Origin: a virus
Taxonomy: Duplodnaviria > Heunggongvirae > Uroviricota > Caudoviricetes
Virus record (IMG/VR): IMGVR_UViG_2737471817_000013
Length of the DNA: 5,410 nucleotides
Reading direction: 5' to 3' (one strand)
Part shown: positions 1 to 5,346 of the stretch, piece by piece
How the letters are laid out: every line of letters begins with the position of its first letter
How positions within the stretch are numbered: the first letter of the stretch is position 1
Position numbers and translations under genes: made by a program
The notes under the pieces: generated by a model
Databases searched by the model: none
Told to the model about the DNA's origin: nothing
What the model saw: only the letters and a program-made list of their open reading frames with translations

Positions 1-1818
1 TTAATTTTTACTATCGTCATTAGTGACCGATACACATGATGGCATCCAGTCTTCTGATTCCTCCGTCAGTGTCACGTTTGAACGAAAACCGTGCTTCGTT
101 TTCCGTTTCATATACTCCCTGCCATATTCCGCCATTGCCCCCGGCATATCTTTACCGAAGCGCGTCAGTGTTACAGGTTTACCAAACCCATGTGCCCTCA
201 TATAAGCCAGATAGGCATGATAGAGATACCTACGTGGGCTGAATGGCACAATTTCAGCATTACCCACTAACAGGCCATCACACATTACCGACGCCATGAG
301 ATAGCCGCAGAAGTCCACCAGCGAATCCCCCTCTCGCTTTATCGCCAGTGCTTCTTCAGATTTCTGCTGCTCATATAACAGGCGTCTGGCTTCGTCCTGG
401 TCAGCAAACCGTGTAAGCAGATGGCGAATCACTACCGCCAGCTCACCTTCTATTTTTTCCGCCAGCATGGGGTCGCGCTCGTTCTCCGGTACAACCTCCG
501 AAAAATTGAATATCACCCGACGACGTGAGATCCCCCCGCTGCGGTCACTGAATGACATGGCGTTATTGTTCACCGCCAGCACGACCGCCTGAATGCGTGT
601 TGAGTAGGGGGCTTTATGCTTCGGGTCGATTGCCACCTTGTCACCGCCTGTAATGGCCTTAATTCCTGCGCCATCACCAGCGTAGCGGGTCATATCCGGC
701 ATGATAATCAGCGAAAAGCCAACCACTAACGCGCGTTCCCTTGCATCTTCCAGCGCCTTCATGCTTGCCGATACTGTGTTGGCCTTACCTGCCAGCATGG
801 TGCAAATCTCCGCCATCACGCTTTTACCACTTCCCCCTGGACCTGTTACCTCAATGAATAACTGCCAGTCGTACCGGTTCGCCAGCACCATGAATAATGC
901 AGCCAGCACGCGATCCGCCTTGCGGTCATTCTCAGCCACCGAACGGCGTAACCACTTCCAGAAATTCGGCGCATGTGTTGCCAGCGTTTCCCCCTCTGCT
1001 GGTGGGCTGAAAGGTAATTCACTGGCAATTAACAACCAGTCGTTTTTGTTATGCTCCCGAAAATTACCTGTTCTGGTATCAAATACCCCGTTACTGAATC
1101 CAATCAGGTTACGGGCTGTATTCCCCATTACAGGCAAACTTAACTTCATGGTATCGACCGCCGATTTAATGGCGTTCTGCGAATAGCTGATCTCCGCATC
1201 AATGAAAATCTGTGCCATAGCTCGCTGTAATTCTTTATCCTGAATCGGCTCCCATACAACGCCGTTGTAATGGTGAACAGTGTCAGAGTCAGCATGAATC
1301 GCCAGTTCACCGCCATAATGTGCCAGGAGAACTTCGCCGCGTTGACTTGCTCCCATCTGGTTAAGCGCCAGTGATGAAGCGTTACCGTCTTTTACCCGCT
1401 CTTTTTTCTTTACAGGCAGTTCAACTACCTTTTTCTTTTCCGCCTGCTCTGCCCGTTCACGTTCCAGATATTCGCGCCAGTTCTCCCGTTTCTGGCTGTG
1501 CATTCCTTCAGGGTAATAATCAGCATCCCTGACACCTGCCACTGCCAGTTTCTGCCCGATGGTATTAACAAGCCCCGGACGCAATAACCCCGCCTGATAG
1601 AGACGCACGCGATAGCGTCCGTCCGGTACGATTTGCAGGTTGTCCAGTTCGGCAAGTTGTTGCTCTCCAAGCCAGACAGGAGGCACGTTATCGCCAGCCA
1701 GTCGCCCGTCCTGTTCCTGCCACTGATTCGCATGTGCCCACGCATCACTACCCGCAAAAATGATGACTTCCGTCATTTTGTCACGCGGCTGGTGTTTTAA
1801 ATTTGGCGCTTTTTTCAT
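1..1818 (-). CDS. P4 alpha-like replication protein (primase/helicase: D5_N-like region followed by P4-family primase C-terminal P-loop ATPase domain)
   Basis: 605-codon ORF ending in TAA at 3..1. ATG at 1818..1816 overlaps the TGA of the upstream ORF (ATGA coupling) and is preceded by GGAGAGAG about 8 nt upstream; the ORF-track start at 1833 is a GTG five codons further up. Walker A GPGGSGKS is encoded at 820..843. Downstream motifs (KAITGGDKVAIDPKHKAP, VNNNAMSFSD, RRRVIFNF) and the upstream NGVFDTRTG block match what I remember of the D5_N / P4-primase C-terminal family. A K/E-rich charged linker is encoded at about 1384..1479. Confidence 0.9.
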   Translation of the reverse strand: MKKAPNLKHQPRDKMTEVIIFAGSDAWAHANQWQEQDGRLAGDNVPPVWLGEQQLAELDNLQIVPDGRYRVRLYQAGLLRPGLVNTIGQKLAVAGVRDADYYPEGMHSQKRENWREYLERERAEQAEKKKVVELPVKKKERVKDGNASSLALNQMGASQRGEVLLAHYGGELAIHADSDTVHHYNGVVWEPIQDKELQRAMAQIFIDAEISYSQNAIKSAVDTMKLSLPVMGNTARNLIGFSNGVFDTRTGNFREHNKNDWLLIASELPFSPPAEGETLATHAPNFWKWLRRSVAENDRKADRVLAALFMVLANRYDWQLFIEVTGPGGSGKSVMAEICTMLAGKANTVSASMKALEDARERALVVGFSLIIMPDMTRYAGDGAGIKAITGGDKVAIDPKHKAPYSTRIQAVVLAVNNNAMSFSDRSGGISRRRVIFNFSEVVPENERDPMLAEKIEGELAVVIRHLLTRFADQDEARRLLYEQQKSEEALAIKREGDSLVDFCGYLMASVMCDGLLVGNAEIVPFSPRRYLYHAYLAYMRAHGFGKPVTLTRFGKDMPGAMAEYGREYMKRKTKHGFRSNVTLTEESEDWMPSCVSVTNDDSKN

Positions 1819-2114
1819 TTCTGCTCTCTCCACGCGGCAATCATGTTTTTCAGTTCCTGTAGTTTTTTATCAACATCCATACATGACACATGGTTATTTC
1901 TGGAAAGCGGGATTTCCCGCCGGAATCTGCAAATAAAGATCTCCACGTTCAGCGAACTATGAAATGAATAGCCATCACGAATAAAATAAACACGGTCAAA
2001 CATCAGTTCTTTTACCGTTACTCTGTTACCGTTCTTATCCAGATAAATAGCGCCGGGGATAATTTTGGGGTGTGCATAACCGCTGGCAGTCAAGCCAGAT
2101 AAATATGTTCTCAT
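1815..2114 (-). CDS. Hypothetical small protein (99 aa), translationally coupled to the primase gene
   Basis: ATG at 2114..2112 with GGGGAT about 9 nt upstream. Its TGA stop overlaps the primase ATG. It starts 6 nt after the stop of the preceding ORF. I recognise no family. Confidence 0.6.
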   Translation of the reverse strand: MRTYLSGLTASGYAHPKIIPGAIYLDKNGNRVTVKELMFDRVYFIRDGYSFHSSLNVEIFICRFRREIPLSRNNHVSCMDVDKKLQELKNMIAAWREQK

Positions 2115-2120
2115 GATTAT

Positions 2121-2441
2121 TTATCCCCGATTTGAATCAGTATTCGCTTTCTTTATGGCATTTAATGCATCTGTGGCATTTTCAATGGTGCACCGTAACG
2201 AAATATCAAACTGCCCAAGCATTGCCAGTAACAAACCGATATTACCCATATCAATGCGCATAGCCTTTTCGTCATAGTCCTCATTTTCTGACGCATGCCA
2301 CATCAGGCTACCAATTGACGCAACAGCCATTGATATATTGTCAGTAGCCCCATCCGCAGCGGAATAAACCTTTTTAGCAATATCATGCTCACAGTTAAAA
2401 TGCGGATTAATCAGGTACTGGTAATTTGACATATCAGGCAT
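2121..2441 (-). CDS. Hypothetical small protein (106 aa)
   Basis: ATG at 2441..2439 preceded by AGGGGG about 8 nt upstream, overlapping the last codons of the upstream ORF by 8 nt. An alternative ATG lies at 2432. The product is acidic; I recognise no family. Confidence 0.6.
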   Translation of the reverse strand: MPDMSNYQYLINPHFNCEHDIAKKVYSAADGATDNISMAVASIGSLMWHASENEDYDEKAMRIDMGNIGLLLAMLGQFDISLRCTIENATDALNAIKKANTDSNRG

Positions 2442-2799
2442 GGCACACCCCCTGACGAATACGGGCGGCGAATACCATCACGCAGCCAGCCGGGGATTGC
2501 TGGCGTGCTTCCTGTTCGCTGGTGGCCTCGATGTGAATTACGCGCGGTTGTGCCGTGCTCAGGGCGATAAAACGCCAGATAAAATTGTTCTCGCATTTCT
2601 GAATAAACAGCGTGTTTTCTTCGCGCCCTTTCCATGTTGCCGAGATATAGCCCATGTCATTGAGCATCTCGCAGGCATCAACCAGCGTATCAGCAGCTAC
2701 GTGTACAGTGTTTTTACCGTCAGCTATGCAATCACGGTGCACCGCCAGGAAGGTGTATATAAATTTAGGGTGAGTTTGGGTATGCTGTGTTCCAGCCAT
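2434..2799 (-). CDS. Hypothetical protein (121 aa), first gene of the primase-proximal operon
   Basis: ATG at 2799..2797 preceded by GAGG (plus-strand cctc at 2808..2811) 8 nt upstream; TGA stop at 2436..2434. Protein-like composition. It is the C-terminal part of the 510-aa ORF-track frame but has its own start signals directly downstream of an AT-rich promoter region. Confidence 0.65.
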   Translation of the reverse strand: MAGTQHTQTHPKFIYTFLAVHRDCIADGKNTVHVAADTLVDACEMLNDMGYISATWKGREENTLFIQKCENNFIWRFIALSTAQPRVIHIEATSEQEARQQSPAGCVMVFAARIRQGVCHA

Positions 2800-2829
2800 A
2801 ATCGTTACCTCATTTAACGGTTTGGTTAG

Positions 2830-2863
2830 ACGCCCCGCTACTGCCGCAAACAGTTCGGGGCGT
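2830..2863 (-). other. GC-rich stem-loop in the putative 5' leader of the primase-proximal operon
   Basis: ACGCCCCG (2830..2837) pairs with CGGGGCGT (2856..2863) around an 18-nt loop that has an internal CTG/CAG pair. It sits between the inferred minus promoter and the RBS at 2808..2811. No U-tract follows on either strand. Confidence 0.3.
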
Positions 2864-2884
2864 TGTCGTTTACATCCTCTTACT

Positions 2885-2986
2885 GAGGTGTGATTTAAAT
2901 TAAATTTAACTGAATCACAGGTCAAGTATTTTTTGTGATTCTTTTTTGTGTATACTGAATCACATCTTTTGTTTAGGAGAATGCAC
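2885..2986. promoter_or_regulatory. Divergent promoter/operator region with four TGTGATT half-sites forming two palindromes
   Basis: TGTGATT at 2889..2895 and 2934..2940; its reverse complement AATCACA at 2913..2919 and 2958..2964. CTGAATCACA is repeated exactly at 2910..2919 and 2955..2964. Plus-strand -10-like TATACT at 2951..2956, then AGGAGA (2975..2980) and ATG at 2987. Minus-strand -35-like TTGACC (plus 2920..2925) and -10-like TAATTT (plus 2897..2902) with a 17-nt spacer, pointing toward the 2799 start. Confidence 0.55.
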
Positions 2987-3292
2987 ATGGCAAAAAACAC
3001 TATCAACGACAAATCAAAACAGATTTCAATTCGTATCCCACATGATGCTTTTGAAGGCATGGAATCCGTAAAACTGGACGGTGAAAGCAACGCCGGATTC
3101 ATAGTAACCGCCATGCGCGGTGAGATCGCCCGCCGCCAGGCAGAAGGAAGCGGAGAAAATCCCCTGGTTTCTTCGCTCGATGCGCTGGCGCAGGTGGAAA
3201 AAATCGGAGTCAAAGCTGCCGAGGAGATCGGGCAGCTCGTCACCGTCGCACGTGAAGAACTCCAGCGCCGCAAGGCCAAAGAATCAGAATAA
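2987..3292 (+). CDS. Ribbon-helix-helix DNA-binding protein, Arc/Mnt-like repressor with a C-terminal helical tail (101 aa)
   Basis: AGGAGA 6 nt upstream of ATG 2987; TAA stop at 3290..3292. Good codon usage. N-terminal KQISIRIP (beta strand), HDAFEGMESVKL (helix A), G-E-S-N-A-G turn and FIVTAMRGEIARR (helix B) follow the RHH pattern of P22 Arc/Mnt (GRS-N-SE turn). The C-terminal 45 residues are A/E/K/L-rich, consistent with an oligomerisation helix. The ORF-track start at 2948 is a GTG inside the promoter and is not preferred. Confidence 0.75.
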   Translation: MAKNTINDKSKQISIRIPHDAFEGMESVKLDGESNAGFIVTAMRGEIARRQAEGSGENPLVSSLDALAQVEKIGVKAAEEIGQLVTVAREELQRRKAKESE

Positions 3293-3349
3293 TAACTATC
3301 ATCGCCGTGGTGTGAGGAACTCCGGCGCATTGCTTTACAGGTACACAGA

Positions 3350-3544
3350 ATGACCAACAAAGAATCAACCAATACACCATCACCGGCACGGAAAAGACGG
3401 CGCAGAAAGATAGAGCACGAATCAGAAAGATTCGCGCCATGTGCTTTTGCCCTTGAGCAATTCCTTAAAGAGTACAGGCGCACAAAAATGGGATCGCATA
3501 CCTGGAAAACATCGCGGCATGGCAATGTTAAAGAGCATGAATAG
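3350..3544 (+). CDS. Doubtful small basic ORF (64 aa) with an arginine-rich N-terminal stretch (ARKRRRRK)
   Basis: ATG at 3350 with a weak AGGT about 8 nt upstream; TAG stop at 3542..3544. It uses several AGA/AGG/CGG/ATA codons that are rare in enterobacterial genes, so coding status is uncertain. Confidence 0.25.
   Translation: MTNKESTNTPSPARKRRRRKIEHESERFAPCAFALEQFLKEYRRTKMGSHTWKTSRHGNVKEHE
3415..3437 (-). terminator. Candidate intrinsic terminator for the alpA operon (hairpin followed by a U-rich tract on the minus strand)
   Basis: GCACGAATC (3415..3423) pairs with GATTCGCGC (3429..3437) with one mismatch around the loop AGAAA. On the minus strand the hairpin is followed by TCTATCTTTCTGCGCCGTCTTTTCC. 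The stem is modest, so this is weakly supported. Confidence 0.3.
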
Positions 3545-3966
3545 CCCACCAGCAAGCCAGCACACTGATCACATTGCCCACCAGCCGCAAATCTGGCATT
3601 GTTGGCAATGTGTTCAAGTGTGTAGCTTTCCCACTGGTGGCCCTCTGCAGTCGCCTTTGTTTTATCCAGAACGAAATCAGACATCAGATTGATCAGCACC
3701 TGGTGACCTGACAAAATCGCATCAGTCACGCCACCAGCAAAATTTTTTGCTTTCCGGACAGCGTGGCCAACGGCATTTTGCAGCGAAATATTCTGCATTT
3801 CTGGCGTGCTGTAGTAACGGTGATCAGTGCCTTCACTCTGTGCGACCACAACGCTATAATCTGCCTCGTAGACAGTAAGCAATATGGCGCAGTAGGCTAT
3901 TCGTTCACAAAGGCGCTCCGGCAACGGGGCGCTTTCTCTTTTTGTAACGGTCAGAGCGTTACACAT
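3545..3966 (-). CDS. Hypothetical protein with a well-supported start but an undeterminable 3' end (no in-frame stop before 2434)
   Basis: ATG at 3966..3964 preceded by GGAGG (plus-strand cctcc at 3976..3980) 9 nt upstream; the start abuts the stop of the upstream gene. The first ~140 codons look protein-like (VTDAILSGHQVLINLMSDFVLDKTKATAEGHQWESYTLEHIANNARF). Beyond about 3545 the translation becomes S/R/C/L-rich and is antisense to plus-strand ORFs. 3545 is a nominal boundary, not an observed stop. Confidence 0.4.
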
Positions 3967-4759
3967 GGCTGTTTTCCTCCATGCGACGGGCTAACCAACG
4001 CTGCGAAAGACGAATTAATTCAGCTTTCCGCTGGTGGTAGCCCTGGCCTAACTCAATCAGCGTGATATTGCTCTGCTCAAGGTAAGAAAGGTGCTCAAGC
4101 TGCAACGTGCTCATGTGGTCGCGTGGTTCGCCTGTGATGCCGTTCGCCTGCGCCCACTGTTTTGCAGTCATGCCACCCAGCACGATACGCGCCAGCATAT
4201 TGGCTTCCGTGGTGTAGTGGTGCTGGAACGTGTTTTTACCCAGTTCAGCCCGGTACGCCTCCAGCGCGGCACACATTGGCTTAAAGTAGCTGGCAACGGT
4301 GATACGGGCTTTCAGTTCCCGGCGTAATGCTGCGGAACGCACTGGCGCTACCTTGTGTAGCTCCTCCTCGCATTTGATAAAGTACTGGCGAACGGCGCGG
4401 CCCTGTTCGGTACGTTCGACCATCGCCAGTTCTTTCGCCATATTCACTGTGATGATGTACTCAAGAGCGGTTTGCTGGCGAGATTTTGCGCTCACCGGAT
4501 CGGGTCGGCTCAAATATTCAACAACCTCATAATCCACGCCTTCCGTGAACCCGTATTCTTCAATGCGCCCCTTGATCCACGAACGGAAAACGCGCCCTAC
4601 ACCTAACGCCTTATGTAACGCTCTGGCGCTAACAATAGTGGTTTCACGCCCACCAATAACGCCGGAAATAACCGGAATAATTTCAGCGAAATTTTGCAGA
4701 TTCTGTTTTTCAGGCCGAACGAAGCCCCGCCCCTGTACAGGCGTATATCCAGTATTCAT
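3959..4759 (-). CDS. Phage regulatory / antirepressor-like protein (Rha or KilA-N/ORF6N-type N-terminal DNA-binding region with ORF6C-like C-terminal region), 266 aa
   Basis: ATG at 4759..4757; TAA stop at 3961..3959. The N-terminal segment TIVSARALHKALGVGRVFRSWIKGRIEEYGFTEGVDYEV and the C-terminal segment TEANMLARIVLGGMTAKQWAQANGITGEPRDHMSTLQLEHLSYLEQSNITLIELGQGYHQRKAEL resemble phage Rha/Ant-type regulators as I remember them. The exact Pfam family is not certain. The RBS is weak. Confidence 0.75.
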   Translation of the reverse strand: MNTGYTPVQGRGFVRPEKQNLQNFAEIIPVISGVIGGRETTIVSARALHKALGVGRVFRSWIKGRIEEYGFTEGVDYEVVEYLSRPDPVSAKSRQQTALEYIITVNMAKELAMVERTEQGRAVRQYFIKCEEELHKVAPVRSAALRRELKARITVASYFKPMCAALEAYRAELGKNTFQHHYTTEANMLARIVLGGMTAKQWAQANGITGEPRDHMSTLQLEHLSYLEQSNITLIELGQGYHQRKAELIRLSQRWLARRMEENSHV

Positions 4760-4787
4760 GGTTAAATCTCTGTATTAGTGGATGGGA

Positions 4788-4804
4788 GGCGGCTGTGTGC
4801 CGCC
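4788..4804 (-). other. Short GC-rich hairpin in the alpA / antirepressor-like intergenic spacer
   Basis: GGCGGC (4788..4793), loop TGTGT, GCCGCC (4799..4804). There is no U-tract, so it is unlikely to be an intrinsic terminator; it could be a processing or stability element. Confidence 0.25.
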
Positions 4805-4811
4805 AGCCTGA

Positions 4812-5000
4812 TTAGTGAACTGCCTCGCGGCTGTCCTTCCATGCCAGAACTTCGGATAAAGACCAGCCAACGGAACGACCACCGAGTTTACGCCGTGATG
4901 GGAATTGTCCGGCTTTTTCCAGGCGGTAGCGGCATGAACGGCTCAGGCCTGTAAGTTGCTGACATTCTTTTTCACGTATAAAGCGATCTGTGCTTAACAC
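4812..5000 (-). CDS. alpA: AlpA/Vis-family phage transcriptional regulator (excisionase-like winged helix), 62 aa from a GTG start
   Basis: RFIREKECQQLTGLSRSCRYRLEKAGQFPSRRKLGGRSVGWSLSEVLAWK aligns by eye with E. coli AlpA (RILRLPAVIQKTGMARATIYDWL...MLGVKSVGWIEAEIDEWL). GTG at 5000..4998 is preceded by GGGGG (plus 5005..5009) 4 nt upstream. The ORF-track 104-aa version begins at a TTG at 5126, and its extra N-terminus is the translation of a (CCCAA)n repeat. TAA stop at 4814..4812. Confidence 0.8.
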   Translation of the reverse strand: MLSTDRFIREKECQQLTGLSRSCRYRLEKAGQFPSRRKLGGRSVGWSLSEVLAWKDSREAVH

Positions 5001-5043
5001 AATTCCCCCTTTGTTGTTTCTTAAAGAGTCATTGGGTGGATTA

Positions 5044-5058
5044 TTGGGTTGGGTTGGG
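5044..5058. repeat. Tandem pentamer repeat (TTGGG)3, with a fourth TTGGG at 5032..5036
   Basis: Direct reading: ATTGGGTGGATTATTGGGTTGGGTTGGGTCGG at 5031..5062. It lies in the leader/promoter region upstream of the alpA GTG start. Confidence 0.6.
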
Positions 5059-5164
5059 TCGGATTGTGTCAGGGTGTTTATGGAATGGCAAACACTGGTG
5101 GCGGTCGTTTTACAGAAGTGGGGCAATGAGAATAAAAACCCTTTTAATTCATTGTGATGCGGTA

Positions 5165-5193
5165 GCGTAAAATTCTGTTTTTACGCCTTTTTT
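5165..5193 (+). terminator. Hairpin plus T-tract on the plus strand (weak, AT-rich stem), terminator-like
   Basis: GCGTAAAA (5165..5172), loop TTCTGT, TTTTACGC (5179..5186), then CTTTTTT (5187..5193). No plus-strand CDS lies upstream of it; it sits opposite the alpA leader. Confidence 0.3.
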
Positions 5194-5286
5194 ACATGTT
5201 TTTAAGAGTGATTCGCCAATGTACAAAAAGCCAGTAAAACGACTGAAAATCAACTTTTTAGGGTGTCGGTCAGATGATAATCAAGT

Positions 5287-5346
5287 TTGTTCCAGATTGT
5301 TCGCCGTTGTTCGTCGTGGTGTCTCGTTGTTTCACGTTGTGTCCGT
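5287..5346. repeat. Iteron-like array: six 10-bp-phased direct repeats (core TTGTTC / TTGT), followed by an AT-rich tract at 5351..5378
   Basis: TTGT (or TGGT) recurs at 5287, 5297, 5307, 5317, 5327 and 5337, exactly 10 bp apart. The units read TTGTTCCAGA, TTGTTCGCCG, TTGTTCGTCG, TGGTGTCTCG, TTGTTTCACG, TTGTGTCCGT. Downstream is GAAAAATCACGAAAAAAATTATATTTC. Confidence 0.6.

Noticed and set aside
23-1186. Plus-strand ORFs 23..205, 36..242 and 701..1186, and nested minus ORFs 846..1028 and 1425..1757
   Set aside because: All lie inside the primase gene, either antisense or out of frame. They lack convincing start signals and have biased, low-complexity composition. They are shadow ORFs of a long real gene.
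1819-1833. Primase start at the GTG at 1833 and RHH start at the GTG at 2948
   Set aside because: Both are the longest-ORF starts. Downstream ATGs at 1818 and 2987 have properly spaced Shine-Dalgarno sequences (GGAGAGAG and AGGAGA), and for the primase an ATGA overlap with the upstream stop. The GTG at 2948 would place a start codon inside the -10 and operator region.
2411-2817. Minus ORF 2411..2635 and plus ORF 2440..2817
   Set aside because: Out-of-frame or antisense overlaps of the 121-aa and 106-aa genes, with no RBS support.
2889-2964. CRP binding sites (TGTGA ... TCACA)
   Set aside because: The TGTGA and TCACA pentamers are separated by 19 to 21 bp rather than the 6 bp of a CRP site. 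The pattern fits a dedicated operator for the adjacent RHH protein better.
3120-3692. Plus ORFs 3120..3353 and 3441..3692, and the hydrophobic minus ORF 3240..3440 (66 aa)
   Set aside because: 3120..3353 is an alternate frame of the RHH gene. 3441..3692 has no start signal and implausible composition. The 66-aa hydrophobic ORF did make me consider a small membrane toxin, but it is rich in C/W/F in the way antisense frames are, overlaps the RHH 3' end, and has only a marginal SD. It is not supportable without expression data.
2434-3966. The 510-aa ORF-track protein taken as one genuine polypeptide
   Set aside because: Its middle ~250 codons are S/R/C/L-rich in the way antisense translation usually is. 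They overlap a well-supported plus-strand RHH gene (good RBS, good codon usage) and an AT-rich promoter/operator. The C-terminal 121 codons have their own RBS and ATG. I split it into a 3966-start ORF and a 2799-start ORF, and report the open frame itself as an anomaly.
3763-4778. Plus ORFs 3763..4065, 4091..4327, 4299..4532 and 4545..4778
   Set aside because: Antisense shadows of the 266-aa antirepressor-like gene and the 3966-start ORF, with no RBS and non-protein-like composition.
4812-5126. Long (104-aa) version of the alpA ORF
   Set aside because: It would start at a TTG. Its extra 42 N-terminal residues are the translation of the (CCCAA)n repeat and G/C-rich leader. AlpA-family proteins are about 60 to 70 aa, and a GTG with a G-rich SD sits at exactly the expected position (5000).
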